64,000 nucleotides of DNA from the human T2T-CHM13v2.0 reference genome, Homo sapiens. Positions 1 to 22,715 of this stretch are shown here, piece after piece. Location of the stretch: NCBI RefSeq assembly GCF_009914755.1, contig NC_060947.1; one strand, given 5' to 3'. The position numbers and the translations under genes were made by a program. Within the stretch, counting starts at the first letter, position 1. Every line of letters begins with the position of its first letter. The notes below the pieces were generated by a model that was not told the DNA's origin, did not search any database, and saw only the letters and a program-made list of their open reading frames with translations.

Positions 1-303
1 AAACAAATTCTATTTTATCCCAATATAGTTCTGTATTACACAAATGTAACATTCGGCTACTAGATATCAGGTGCCTTATCCTCCATGCAAACAGAGGAGA
101 GGATACCCAAAAAGAGATACTGAAGGATTTGGTTTTTCTTTCTCCCTGGGATGATGGGATCCATAAGTTGGGTCCCCCAGCCCACAAGACAGGTGCCAGG
201 AAGGGTGACTGGAAGAGTGTGAGTCATGACAGGGAACATTTTTCCTTAGGTTTCTTGGGTATATAAAGCTCCCGACTGTCTATCATGGATAGATAAAGAG
301 TGA

Positions 304-1135
<832 letters not shown>

Positions 1136-1943
1136 TGAACTTTTAAATTAACCTACCTGATGATTACCCTAAGGCCCTTTCTCGCTCCATGTTTTTTTGA
1201 TTATGGGTTTGGAGTTTTTCAGAAGCTTTCCTACAAAGAACATCTCCTGACTGGGCGCAGTGACTCACGCTGTATTCCCAGCACTTTGGGAGGCCGAGGC
1301 AGGCAGATCACTTGAGGTGAGGAGTTCGAGACCAACCTGGCCTACATTGCAAAAACCCTGCCTCTACCACAAATACAAAAATTAGCCGGCCATGGTGGTG
1401 GGCACCGGTGAATTCCAGTTACTGCGGGGGCTGAGGCATGAGAATCACTTGAACCCGGGAGATACACCGTGCAGTGAGCCGAGATCACGCCACTGTACTC
1501 CAGCCTGGGCGACAGAGTAAGTCCCTGTCTCAAAAAACAAACAGCATCTCTCGCCTACAGTGATTTGAGCTGTGGTCTTGTCTCCTCGGGTTTCTCTGTC
1601 AGTCTGATCCCATCTACTCTATCTCCCAGGAATGCCTCAATATATCTGGTGGACCACTGACACGTTTTCCTATTTTCCTCTACTGTTAAGGATTGACCCT
1701 TGAAAACATTTTCTTCCTAGTTTGATGGAACGTTGAGTGGGGCACGGGATCTAGCTGCCATCTTGCTCCAATCATCTGTTATTAGATATTTCATGTATTT
1801 TTTGTCACAATATAAGTGTAATTTTTCTCAATTTGGTTTTCTAAATGGCTATTATTGGCATGTAGAAACCCTATCTATTATTGTTAATAATATTTTGTTA
1901 CCTGTCTGGGTACAGCTTCCCCTGTATTTTGGCACAAGACTCA

Positions 1944-2294
<351 letters not shown>

Positions 2295-2947
2295 TCACTT
2301 CACCGGCAATAGATAGTTATAAAAGGATAATTTATGGAAGATTTCATAGGGGAGACTGATGGAAAGAAAGGAAGTATACATTTTACAGAGCTGAGCAGTT
2401 CACTGCAAAAATCACCAGAACTGCCTTTTTCTCCAAAAATGCTACCCATAAGCTATTCTACTACTGGTTCTTCTAGTCCTTTTCTCTATTCCAAATCCTC
2501 AAATTGTCCATTTCCTTATTGGGGTAATTTTCCTCTGCCCAGATCTGGGTCCTCCACCACACTTAACACTGTCTGCGAGTGTGTGAATTCCCATTATTTT
2601 AGCTCAGGTTCCCAAGGAAACAGGCTTTGGGCCATACAGGACACCTCTAGACAGACTATACTGAGAAGCCATGCTTGGAACGGTGCATGGGGAGAGGAGA
2701 GGGAATTTACGTACCTGGCTCTCACTCATGGTTTTTTTTTTTTTAATTGGTCAAAATTTACCCCATAGGCATGAACTCCCCCACACTTCTAGATTGCATC
2801 ATCTGCCCCTTTCACAGCTGTCTTGGAAGCCAGATCCCACACTTTGAAGTGTAGTGTTTCATAGAAACCAAAAGTGGTCCTAGAGGCCAGGTGTGGTGGC
2901 TCACGCCTGTAATCCCATCACTTTGGGATGCCAAGGCAGGAAGTTCA

Positions 2948-3346
<399 letters not shown>

Positions 3347-3888
3347 TTATCTGAAGGAAAAATAAAACTCATATCTCTATGACAAGCAGGTGCTTAGAGC
3401 TTGGAGAAAGGCACCTAGGCAAACTCCCCTGGTGACAGGGAGACTGGGACGTCATCTTCCTCAATGTTCACGTTTCAAAGAGATGGCTCAAGGCCCTGAA
3501 GAAAGACCTTTCTAGGGACTGGTCATGGTGGCTCACACCTGTAATTCCAACACTTTGGGAGGCTGAGGCTGGAGTATCACTTGAGGCCTGGAGTTCAAGT
3601 CGAAGACATTCCTGGGATATATGGGGCCAGAGGCTTACATATCAAAGGAAGAATTTACCAATACAAATTTTCTGAAGGAAATGCTCTAGGGAAAGGGAAA
3701 TGGGAAAAGGTCTCTTCTTCCCTTTTGGCAACAGGAAAATCTCAATTTTATGTGTAGTTAACCTTACAATTTCCCCCTTTTGTTATTCTTTTATAGTAAC
3801 ATTACAATTTTCTAATTATCTCCACTGCTGTTTCTATCTTTCTCTGGGTAGTGTACAGCCACATAGATATCCAACAAGTCCATAGTAA

Positions 3889-4104
<216 letters not shown>

Positions 4105-5619
4105 TAGAGATGGGGTTTCACCATGTTAGCCAGGATGGACATGAACTCCTCACCCCAGGTGATCCGCCCACCTCGGCCTCCCAAAGTGTGAGGATTACAG
4201 ACGTGAGCCACCATGCCCGGTCTAGAATGAATTTTTAAATTCAGTGTAATACTCACCTCGTCAGGGGGCGGGGCGACCATTCAACACATCATAGTGGTTA
4301 ATTGTGTCAAAGACAAAATAAATTATAGAGACAAATTCCTAAATCAAATGCTGTATTTGGGAATCACAAAATTGCAATTCAGGGCATATACACGGACTGG
4401 GGTGGTCTTCAGTATGTCCAACGAACAAACAGAAGTTGGAAGCTTTATCGGAAAGAAAAATGTTACATATTGTTTTGAAATGAGGCTCACTGGCCCTGGA
4501 GAAGCTGGTTCATTTGCACAATCAGTTTTAAAATTCCCTCTTTTGATGAAGATCTTTCTTTCAAAACCTCACTGATCAGCCATCTTAAAGTGAGGCTTCA
4601 TTGTCACTCCATGCCAGGATGGACCTGTGCCGGTTGTCTTTGTCCCATGTCAAGGGAAAGGTAAGGGAGTCTATATCAGGAACATGGGCCACATTTGAGC
4701 CACAAAGAGGCCAGAAGGAAAAAAAAAATCAGGCATGTTTGTTTGGAGTTCAGCATCTTATTAGTTCCATCTATATTAGCATTCATCTTGAAGCACTAGG
4801 CCAACATTATCCTGTTGAGAGAACTGGCTGAACAAATATTAGACAGGCAACAAGAACAGAGCTCAAAGATCATAATACAAAAATAATTAGCAATCTTTTT
4901 TTTTGTTTGTTTTATTTTATTGCAATGGAGTCTTGCTCTGTCGCCCAGGATGAAGTGCAGTGGCGTGATCCCGGCTCACCGCAACCTCCACCTCCTGGGT
5001 TCAAGCAATTCTCCTGTGTCAGCCTCCTGAGTAGCCAGAATTAAAGATGTGTGCCACGAAGCCCTGCTACATATTTTTGTATTTTTAGTAGAGATGTGGT
5101 TTCACCGTGTTGGCCAGGCTGGTCTCAAACTCCTGATCTCAAGTGATCTGCCCACCTCAGCCTCCCAAAGTGCTGGGATAACAGGTGTGAGCCACCGTGC
5201 CTGGCCCTATAACCAATGTTTTTAATTGTATCCGTCTATAAAGAGAGAGCAGATTTTTTTGTGTGTGTTAAAAAAAAAGTGGGCCAGGTGCAATGGCTCA
5301 CACCTATAATCCCAGAACTTTGGGAGAGTACTTGAGCCCAGGAGTTCAAGATCAGCCTGGGAAACATAACTAGACCCCCATCTCTGAAAAAAAAAAAAAA
5401 GAAAAAGAAAATAAAGAGAAAAGAAAAGTAAAGTATGGTTTTATTACTACCTGCATGAGGTGGTAGGTGTGCTTGAGAGAAGGGAAGAGAGGAAAGGAGG
5501 GGAGGAGAAGACAGGGCAGAGGAGGGGAGGGGGAGGAGGAGAAGGGGGGAGAGGGAGTGGGAAGCTGCAGGCAGGAAGGAATGGTTTTATTACTGAGTGG
5601 GAAGCTGCAGGCAGGAAGG

Positions 5620-6090
5620 AATGGTTTTATTACTACCTGCAGGCAGGGCCTGCATGAGGTGGTAGGTGTGCTGGGCCCAGGGTATGTGTGGGCTGTGAGC
5701 AGATGGTGATGGTGAGGCTGGAAGGAAAGGGGGTGGCTTGGAAACCAGGCCCAGGGGATCCTCAGATCCGCTTCTTGGAATGGGCAGCCTTGAGAAAAGA
5801 GTCATGGTAAGCCACAGTCATGCCATCCATCAGATGCAGAAATTCTTGGAAATCTAACTGCCCATCACTAGTGAGGTCCAGTTTCTTCATCATGTGGTCA
5901 AGGACACTGGGGGCCTCTGGTTCTTCATGAAGGCATCCAGTTCTGTATTCATGAAGCTTGGGAACTCCATCTTGGAGTGAATGCTATTGTAACCATCCTT
6001 TCCAGCCTATTTCTGGAAAACAGCAATCGGACTCTCTGTAGGGCTGGAGATTTTTGCCATGTTGGAGTTGAATGAGACACCAAGAGCAGG
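5620..6090 (-). pseudogene. S100A11 (calgizzarin) processed pseudogene
   Basis: Reverse strand: ATG 6058-6060 MAKISSPTE..., IAVFQK*AGKDGYN, SFMNTELDAF.KNQ, VLDHMMKKLD..SDGQLDFQEFL, HDSFLKA..., TGA 5762-5764, then 3'UTR with AATAAA ~5625. Intronless, with a stop codon and indels. Confidence 0.9.
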
Positions 6091-6739
6091 TTTTTACTGG
6101 ACCTGTGTAAATAACCATACTGCCGTAAGAATATTTCCAAATAGTTTCAAATTCTGGAGGAATCGAGCAGAAAGAAAAAGCAAATCTTTCCATCTTAGTT
6201 TACAAAAGTACACTTTACCAAATTGTTATAAACTATAGACAGTTTAACAGAGGAAATTTTCTCTTTTTTTTTTCATTTTTTGAGAAAGGTTTGTGCCCTG
6301 TTGCACAGGCTGGAGTGCAGTGGTGCAAACATGGCTCCCTGCAACCTCTGCATCCTGACTCAAGTGATCCTCCCACCTCGGCCTCCCAAGTAGCTGGGAC
6401 CACAGGTGCATGCCACCATGCCCAGCTAATTTTTTTTTTTTGAGACAGGGTTTTGCCATGTTGTCCAGACTTGTCTTGAACTCCTGGGCTCAAGAAATCC
6501 TCCTGCCTTGGCTTCCAAAGTGAGCCACCACACCCCACCAGAAAATTTTATTAAATGTGCAAAACCAAACATTTAAGTAAAAAACAAAGCTTTTTTTCTT
6601 AATTTCTTTTAGAAACCAGGTCTCCTATGTTGCCCAGGTTTGTCTTGAAGTCCTGCACTCAAGGGATCCTTCTGTCTTGGCCTCTGAGAATGCTAGGATT
6701 ACAGGTGTGAGCCACTGTGCCTAGCTGAAGAATAAATAA

Positions 6740-7570
6740 AGTTTTAAATAAAGGTCATAAAAACATCAGTTATTTAGCCTCATGTAATTTTGTTCTGCTT
6801 GATCTTGATGATCAGGTGCATGAACCCATCAGTTTTCATTAGAGTTTTCAAGAATTATTTAGTTCATTTATCTGAAAGTTATTACAAATCTATATTCAAT
6901 AGTACTTGTTAAAATCTTTTTTATGAATCTGATTCTGGATACATTTAGAGAAGAATCAACACTGTAGATGATACAGCTTAGAATAGCAATGATTAAGATC
7001 TGATCAAAGGTCCATAATTGAGAAAAAATTCAATTATTTCTATTATGTAGAACATTTTAAGATAAGAACCAGAATCATGACTGATAGCATCATACCAGGA
7101 CCATCAGAGCTCTGTAAAATTTATATGATCTTCAGAACATTAACATCAATAACATATTTATATAAATGTAAACAGCAATTAGTGTATTTTATTATTTGAA
7201 ATTGCTTTTCATATCATCTAACATATCAAATAAGCCTAATGAGAGACACATTCTTTGAGGCTCTCCGGGGGCCTCACTGGTAAATCTCACTCAATTTTAG
7301 GTTAAAAAGACTTAAATTAGAATTTGATTAGTTTGTTCGACAGCAATAGATAAATAAAAAAGAATTGGATTTTGGGGAAGTTTGTCAAAGATGTTAAAAG
7401 GCTCAAAACACTTGTTCAAAACAGGATCACGGGTCACTGTGGAAATAATAGTCACTCATTTAACCAGAGTTATAGTCAACAGACTTCAAAAGCAATACAG
7501 AAAGTTACACAGACTTAAAAACTTAACCCTTTCAAAGCTCAGTTTTCCTAAGCAAGAAGAAACCTAATTA
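6740..7570. mobile_element. Probable ERV1 internal (MER4-group-like) remnant abutting the truncated SSX
   Basis: AT-rich sequence with ERV-internal-like motifs; not homologous to SSX intron 4. Confidence 0.35.
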
Positions 7571-7574
7571 GTGT

Positions 7575-10080
<2,506 letters not shown>

Positions 10081-10659
10081 ATGCTTTAGGCGGGAAAATC
10101 AGAGTCTCCGCCCCCAGTTTGAGAAGGTTCTGTCCCTGGAGGCGGGACTGATAGACGCCACATCAGCTTCGTTCCTCCCGCCTACTGTTCTGACTTCTGA
10201 TTGGCCAGATGAAGTTCACTAACTGCCCTGATTGGTCCATCATCCTTGAGCAGTGACATTGCACAATATTGTCTCCTCCTCCAGCCACACTTTGTTGCCA
10301 TTGCGACAGAGTCAGGAGATTTTGATCTCTCCAAAGACCTCCCCTGGATCTTGTGTTAAACATCTGGATTCTAGTCTGAACAGCGAGAAGAAAAAAATAG
10401 TCGGATCTGTGATTTTTCTACTTGAAAGACACAATGTTTTCCAAACTAGCACATTTGCAGAGCTTTGCTGTACTTAGTCGTGGCTTTCATTCTTCAGTGG
10501 CTTCTATATCTGTTGCAACTGAAAAAACAGTCCAAGGCCCTCCAACCTCTGCTTACATTTTTGAAAGGGAATCTAAGTGTGGTGTGCACAATTACCATCC
10601 TTTACCTGTAGCCCTGGAGAGACAAAAATGTATTTACTTATGGGATATGATTGTGGTAT

Positions 10660-11590
10660 TGGTTACATCCACCTTGGCCAATCCTCCCGCCTCGGTCTCA
10701 CAACTACAGGCACGAACCACCCCACCCCCACTCATATTTTTTGGTTTTTGATTTTTTAATAGAGACGGTTTCACTATGTTGGTCAGGCTGGTCTCGACGT
10801 CCTGGGCTCAAGGGATCCTCCCGCTGCAGCCTTGGGACTACAGGCGTGCACCAACCTGCCCATGATTTTTTTTTTTTTAATAGAAACCATGTTTCGCTAT
10901 GTTAACCAGGCTGGCCTCAACGTCCTGGGTTCAAGGGCTCCTTCTGCCACTGCCTCAGGACTACTGGTATGTGCCACATGGCCCATGCTTTATTTGTTTG
11001 TTTGTTTGTTTGTTTGTTTCATTTTTAGTAGAAACCGGATTTTGCTATGTTGCCCAGGCTGGTCTCAATCTCCTGGACTCAAGTGATGTTTTTACCTCGG
11101 CCTCAGGACTACAGGCGTGTGCCATTCTGCCTTGCTCATTTTTATTTTATTTATTTATTTTTTTATTTTCATTTTTTTTTCGGAGAGGCAGGCTTTCGCT
11201 ATGTTGGTCAGGCTGGTATCGACCTCCTGGGCTCAAGCAATCCTCCCACTTTGGCCTGGGACCTGCAGGGGTGAGCCACCCCGCCCACGCTATTTTTTTG
11301 TTGTTCTTGTTATTAGAAATGGGGTTTCGCTATGTTGCCCAGGCTGGCCTCGACCTCCTGGACTCAAGCAATCCTCCCCCATCGGCCTTGGGACTACAGA
11401 CTCACACCACCTAGCCCCCACTAATATTTTTAATTTTTCTAGTAGAGACAGTTTTGCTATGTTGTCCAGGCTGTTCTCTACCTCCTGGGCTCAAGCGATC
11501 CTCCGGCCTCGGCCTTGGGTCTACAGGCATGCACCACCCTGCCTTTTGCTGTTTTTCCCAGGCTGGTCCTGACCTCCTGGGCTCACTCAA
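10660..11590 (-). repeat. Tandem array of ~7 internally deleted Alu-monomer units (~125-150 bp period)
   Basis: Repeated tagagac..tttcgctatgttg..caggctgg..cctgggctcaag..atcctccc..cctcgg..ggactacagg units separated by T-tracts. Confidence 0.85.
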
Positions 11591-11689
11591 TGATTTGAAC
11601 CCAGGAATCGGAGGTTGCATTGAGCTGAGATCACACCACTGCACTCCAGCTTGGGCGACAGAGCAAGACTGTCAAATAAATAAATACAC

Positions 11690-11907
11690 GAAAGAAAGGA
11701 AAGGAAAAAGGAAAGGAGGAGGAAAGGAAAAAGGAAAGGAAAGGAAAAAGGGAAGGGAAGGGAGGGGAGGGGAGGGGAGGGGAGGGGAGGGGAGGGGAGG
11801 GGAAGGGAAGGGAAGGGAAGGGAAGGGAAGGGAAGGGAAGGGAAGGGAAGGGAAGGGAAGGGAAGGGAAGGGAAGGGAAGGGAAGGGAAGGGAAGGGAAG
11901 GGAAGGG
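11690..11907 (+). repeat. Polypurine (GGAAG)n/(GGGGA)n microsatellite
   Basis: Seen directly. Confidence 0.97.
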
Positions 11908-11954
11908 CGACCAGCTGACTCTCCATAAGAACAGTAAGCTTTGTGGTATTTTAA

Positions 11955-12207
<253 letters not shown>

Positions 12208-12354
12208 TGAGTGACCATCGCAGCCCTTGAGGTTTTAGAAGAAGAAAACCTTGCTGAAAATGCAAGGTTTTTATCTCAAGGGTATTATCTTGAGAAATGA
12301 ACCCATGAAGCTACCTTCTGATGCTGTGACTGCCGTAAGAGGAAAATGATTATT

Positions 12355-12661
12355 TTATGTATTCATTTATTTATTTTTTTGAGTCAGAGGTTCACTCTGG
12401 TTGCCCAGGCTGCAGTGCAATGCCACGATCTTGGCTCACTGCAACCTCCGCCTCCTGGGTTCAAGCCATTCTCCTGCCTCAGCCTCCTGAGTAGCTGGGA
12501 TTACAGGCACGTGCCCCTATTCCCAGCTAATTTTTGAATTTTTAGTAGAGATGGGGTTTCACCATGTTGGTCAGGCTGATCTCGAACTCCAGAACTCAGG
12601 TGATGCACCCGCCTCGGCCTCCCAAAATGTTGGGATTACAGGCGTGATCCACTCTACCCAG
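12355..12661 (-). mobile_element. AluS inserted in OAT coding remnant (paralog ~39550-39840)
   Basis: TSD gaggaaaat(g/a)attatt on both sides; splits the VRGKGLLN-encoding segment. Confidence 0.9.
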
Positions 12662-13279
12662 GAGGAAAATAATTATTAATTTCTATTGTTATTAAAGAAA
12701 CCAAAGATTGTGATGCTTGGAAGGTATGTCTACAACTTCCAGATTATGGGCTTCTGGCCAAGCCAACCCATGGTGACATCATCAGGTTTCGCCTCTGCTG
12801 GTGGTCAAGGAGGATGAGATTCGAGAGTCCAGTGAAATCATTAACAAGACCATCTTGTCATTCTGAGGGTAGCAGCTGTTTTCACTGGTCCCTGGGAGCC
12901 GGCTGGAGACAGGTGGTCCTGTAAAAGCTCTGCTCTTAATGCGGGCACATTCCACTCCCATGTGTCTTCAAAACCTTTTTCTGGAATATATGTGTTTTTC
13001 AGTTGATACAAAAATCTATGTTTTTCTCAGTTGATATATAATAGAACAACATTTTTGAACCTGCCTTTTGCTTTGTAACATAAGTAAGAGAATGTAAAGG
13101 CATCTCTATTCAGTGAAAGTATTTTGATGTGCAGAACATGGCTGGGTGCAGTGGTTCATGCTTGTAATCCCAGCATTTTGGGAGGGCGAGGTGGGCAGAT
13201 CACTTGAGGTCAGGAGTTTGAGACCAGCCTGGCCAACATGGAGAAACCCAGTCTCTACTAAAAATACAAAAATTAGCTA

Positions 13280-13384
<105 letters not shown>

Positions 13385-13449
13385 TCACTCCACCCTAGGT
13401 GACAGACTGAGAATCCCCTTAGGAGGAAAAAAAAAAAAAGGAAAACGAG

Positions 13450-15450
<2,001 letters not shown>

Positions 15451-16450
15451 TTAGCTACATATATATATTGTGAGATGCAGTCTCACTTGTGTTGCCCAAG
15501 CTGGAGCGCAGTGGGGTGATCTCGGCTCACTACAACCTCTGGTTCAAGTGATTCTCCTGTCTCAGCCTCCCAAGTAGCTGGGATTTCAGCTGTGTGCCAC
15601 CACGCCTGGCTAATTTTTGTATTTTTAGTAGAGGGGGGGTTTCGCCATGTTGGCCAGGCTGGTCTTTAACTCCTGACCTCAAGCAATCCACCCGTATCGG
15701 CTTCCCAAAGTGCTGGGATTACAGGCGTGAGCAACCATGCTCGGCATTGTCTAAGCTATTGAAAATTTGTTACAGCAGCAATCAAGAATGAATACACACA
15801 GAAACATTTAATAGCGAAACAAAATAGAAGGTCAAGAAACAGACTAATCTGTATGCAAACTTCAGCATGCATTTCCAAACAGTGGGCAAAAGATGATGGG
15901 TTGTATAATATATGACTGCTTGACAAGCGTCTATCCATTTGAAAAAATAAAGATTAAGTCCTTACTTTGAAGCACATAAAATAATAAATTCTAAAAATTC
16001 ACTGACTTAAATGTGAAAACCTGAAATCATAAAGAACTAGATGAAAATTTAGGAAAATATTACAGTGTAAGACACCTTGAGTTGGCATAGGAACTTCCTG
16101 ACATTACACCAAGGCTATGAACAATGAATCTGACATAAAGATGTAAAAATTAAAGTATCATCTAATTCAAAAGACACCATAAACAACTGTTTAAAAAGGC
16201 AAATGTTGGGGAAATTGGTGAAGCATCCCCAATAAATTAAGAGTAACCATCTCTAATATACAACAAAGCTTTTGCCTATCTATAAGAGAAACTGGAACAA
16301 CCCAATGAGAAAATGTGTTCAGGCATGGCACTACTTCACCGTATAGCAGAAAAGGATTACGAAATAGAAAGTACGAAAGAAAAATAATAAAGGAAATGGA
16401 GAATAGAACCCAAAAGTTTCAACATTCGTCCAATAGAAGCTCCAGAGATA

Positions 16451-17430
<980 letters not shown>

Positions 17431-19039
17431 GAATGAAGTCGAAACACATCTAATAGTAGCCTTATAAGAGAAGAATATAGTCATTAAAAAGGAGAGTGTA
17501 CTTAAACAAGTAATGAGTGAGAATTTCTCAGATTTAGACAAATGTCTTAAGATTTAAAGGGATCTTCGTACACACACACATACACACACACAGGAACAGT
17601 GAAATGAAAAATTGTGAAAGACAAAGAAAAAATATTTTTTAAATGATCTGAGAGAAACAGCAGGTTACTTACAAAGGAAAAATATTTAAACCTTCATCAG
17701 GCCTCTCAAACACCACACTGGAGGCAAGGATACAATAGTGTAATAACTCCAAACTGTTGAACGAAAGGAATTTGTTTTCTTTTTTTTTTGAGACAGAGTC
17801 TAGCTTTGTCACCCAGGCTCAAGTGCAGTGGCATGATCTCGGCTCACTGTAACCTCTGCCTCCCAGTTTCAAGCGATTCTCCTCAGCCTCCTGAGTAGCT
17901 GGGGCTACAGGCACACACCACCACACCTGGCTAATTTTTGTACTTTTAGTGCAAAGTTAGTAGAGATGGGGTTTCGCCATGTTGGCCAGGCTGATCTCGA
18001 ACTCCTGACCTGAGGTGATCTGCCTGCCTTGGCCTCCCAATGTGCTGGGATTATAGGGGTAAGCCACTGCACCCAGCGAAAGAAAGGAATTTTTATATTT
18101 GGTGGAGTAAGGCAATGTCAGGCATATAACACTTCAGGAGATCGAAGACACAGGGAAATGTTAAAGCAAACAAGTATTTATTGCAATTGTTAAAGACGGT
18201 AAGGAAGGGCCATCTGCAGTGGCTCATGCCTGTAATCCCAGCACTTTGGGAGTCCAAGGCAAGAGGGTTCGTTGAGCCCAGGAATTCAAGACCAGCCTGG
18301 GCAACATGGCGAAACCCCGTCTCTACAAAAAAATACAAAAATTAGACAGGCACATCAAGTTCCTGGGTCTGTAGAGAATTTTTTTTAAAAATAGCTGGAT
18401 TTGGTAGTGTGTACCTATAGTCCCAGCTACTTGGGAGGCTGGGACAGGAAGATTGCTTGAGCCCTGGAGTTTGAGGCTGCAGTGAGCTAGGATTGTGTCA
18501 CTGCACTCCAGCCTGAGAGACAGAGTGAGACTTTGTCTCTGAAAATAAAAAAAAAAGATCGTAAGGACGACTTTACTCAGAGCGGGAACTACTGTGATAG
18601 GCACAGGGACAACTGCAATGGGGTCTTGCGGTGGGAGAGTGATATTGGGATCGACTTCAACTCCACCAAGGACAAGTGGGGATTTGTAGTCAGGGAGTAG
18701 GAGCCGGGGGTCAGAAGATGGGAAATTACTTGGAGGAAATCTCAGGTGTGCAGGGGGATTCTGGATAAACTGATTTGACAGGATTTTGGTGAAACAGGCT
18801 AAATGGGCAGAGTCCCTGGATGAAGGACAGAGCCCGAGGTTGGGACCTAGTCAGAAACAGGACTCAGAGGAGCCTGACTCAAGTTTGGTCAAAGGAGAGT
18901 GTCTCTGTGTGAAAGCATAAGCAAGAAAGTCAACAGAAGTAAAATGAATGGATCACAAAGGAGAATTTTTGTGCATTGCTAAGCAGGACTCTGCTTTAAC
19001 CATTGTGAAAGTTTATTATGTGAAGTGAGTCATTCTTAG

Positions 19040-19225
<186 letters not shown>

Positions 19226-19349
19226 TGAGCCTCCCGAGTAGCTGAGACTACAGGCCCATGCCACCATGCCGGGCTACTTTTTTGCATTTTTAGTAGAGAC
19301 CGGATTTCACTGTGTTAGCCAGGATGGTGTGGATCTCCTGACCTCGTGA

Positions 19350-19545
19350 TCCGCAAGTCCTGGTGATCCAACAAGTCTGTGTTGATGTTGATGCCAGAGA
19401 GATATAATGAGGCATTCCTGACCTACACTTCCTGTCATGGCCTGAAACCGTCTCTCAGGTTAAATTTTAAAAGAGCCCTGGCTTAGGAGGACATCCATTC
19501 AGATGGTGGGGGGCAGGGGGCTTAGGATTTTATTTTTGATTTATA
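19350..19545 (-). mobile_element. MER4-family LTR 5' portion
   Basis: Reverse strand tataaatcaaaaataaaatcctaagcccc..ccatctgaatgga..aacctgaga..ttcaggccatga resembles the recalled MER4 start. Confidence 0.65.
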
Positions 19546-20003
19546 AGTCTTATAAGATAAAAGTGCATAAATTTTAAGGAACAAGTCTCGTGCCTGATGT
19601 ATGGACCACACAAAAAGTTCACCAAACTATCCAATGCCATAACCAGAGACATTCCAAAGACAAATCAGGGTGAGGAGATGATATTTCCACACTGTAGACA
19701 GATTTTCCGAAGACATCAGAATAAGTCTTCATATCATAATGAGACTCTTATCCCCTTAATGTCTACATTTTTCCCTTGACAGAACCTAACCCCCAAATCC
19801 TTTCCTTCACCTAGTGGTCCCTTTTATAGAGTTGGCACTCTGCTTTAATTCAACCCAGTCCTAAAATGCTACTCAAAGACTACAAGAGGTCTCATTCACT
19901 TCCCCCATAGTCTTTTAATTTGTTTAGCTGGTGTTTACCTCAGTCTTGGGATCTTGGTTCAAAACCATTGTACAAACTAAATTTATTATACTATTGCTAA
20001 TTA

Positions 20004-20282
<279 letters not shown>

Positions 20283-20985
20283 TCAAAATAAAATAAAATA
20301 AAACAATTGCTACTTATTTTGATATTATGATCTTTGAGCTCCATTCTTGTTGCCTGTCTAATATTTGTTAAGCCAGTTCTCCTAACAGGATAATGTTAGC
20401 CCAGTGAGTCAAGATGATTGCTAATACAGATGGGACTAATAACATGGAACTTGATGCTGAACTCCAGGCAAACCTGGCATGGAGTGACAATGAAGCCTCA
20501 CTTTAAGATGGTTGATCAGTGAGGTTTTGAAAGAAAGGTGTTGTTGAAAAGAGGGAATGTGAAAGCTGATTGTGCAAATGAACCAGCTTCTCCAGTGCCA
20601 ATGCGACTCATTTCAAAACAATATGTAACACTTTTCTTTCTAATAAAACTTCCAGCTTCTCTGTGTTCGTTGGACATACTGAAGACCACCCCAGTCCTTG
20701 TATATGCCCTGGATTGCAATTTTGTGATTCCCAAATACAGCATTTGATTTAGGATTTGTCTCTATAATTTATTTTGACTTTAACACAATTAACCAGTATG
20801 ATGTGTTTAAAGGTCGCCCCGTCCCCTGACAAGGTGAGTATTATACTGAATTTAAAAATTCATTCTAGAACAGGCATGGTGGCTCATGTCTGTAATCCTA
20901 ACACTTTGGGAGGCCGAGGTGGGTGGATCACCTGGGGTGAGGAGTTCAAAACCAGCCTGGCTAAAATGGTGAAACCCCATATCTA

Positions 20986-21201
<216 letters not shown>

Positions 21202-21321
21202 TTACTATGGACTTGTTGGATATTTAGGTGGCTGTAAACTATGCAGAGAAAGTTAGAAACAGCAGTGGAGATAATTAGAATATTGCAGTGTTACTATAAA
21301 AGAATAAGAAAAGGGGGAAAT

Positions 21322-22148
<827 letters not shown>

Positions 22149-22714
22149 TAATCCGCCTGTCTTGGCCTCCCACAGTGCTGGGATTACAGGTGTGAGCCAC
22201 CACGCCTGGCCTCTGCTAACACTTTTGGATTGTATGAAACACTACACTTCCAAGTGTGGGATCTGGCTTCCTAGACAGCTGTCAAAGGGGCAGTTGATGC
22301 AATCTAGAAGTGTAGGGGAGTTCGCACCTGTGGGGTAAATTTTGACCAATAAGAAAAGGAACCAGGAGTGAGAGTCAGGAACGTAATTCCCTCTCCTCTC
22401 CTCTCCCCATGCACCATTCCAGGAGGCATTGTTTCTCAGTATAGTCTGTCTAGAGGTGTCCTGTATGGCCCAAATTCTGTTTCCTTGGGAACCTGAGCTA
22501 AAACAATGGGCATGCAAACACTCGAAGAGAGTGCTAAGTGTTGTGGAGGACCCAGATCTGGGCAGAGGAAAATTATCCCAATAAGAAAATGGACAATTTG
22601 AGGATGTGGAATAGAGGGAAGGACTAGAAGAACCAGTAGTAGTATAGCTTAGGGGTACTATTTTTGGAGAAAAAGGCAGTTCTGGTGATTGTTCCAGTGA
22701 ATTGCTCAGCTCTG

Positions 22715-22715
<1 letters not shown>

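Noticed and set aside
10422-10751. 109-aa ORF with the OAT mitochondrial leader as a functional gene
   Set aside because: Only ~70 OAT codons fused to Alu sequence; catalytic core deleted and the paralog has an early stop
10660-11590. Regularly spaced repeats resembling a CRISPR array or 7SL/BC200 gene cluster
   Set aside because: Eukaryotic Alu-derived units with T-tract linkers, no unique spacers and no cas genes; too deleted to be 7SL
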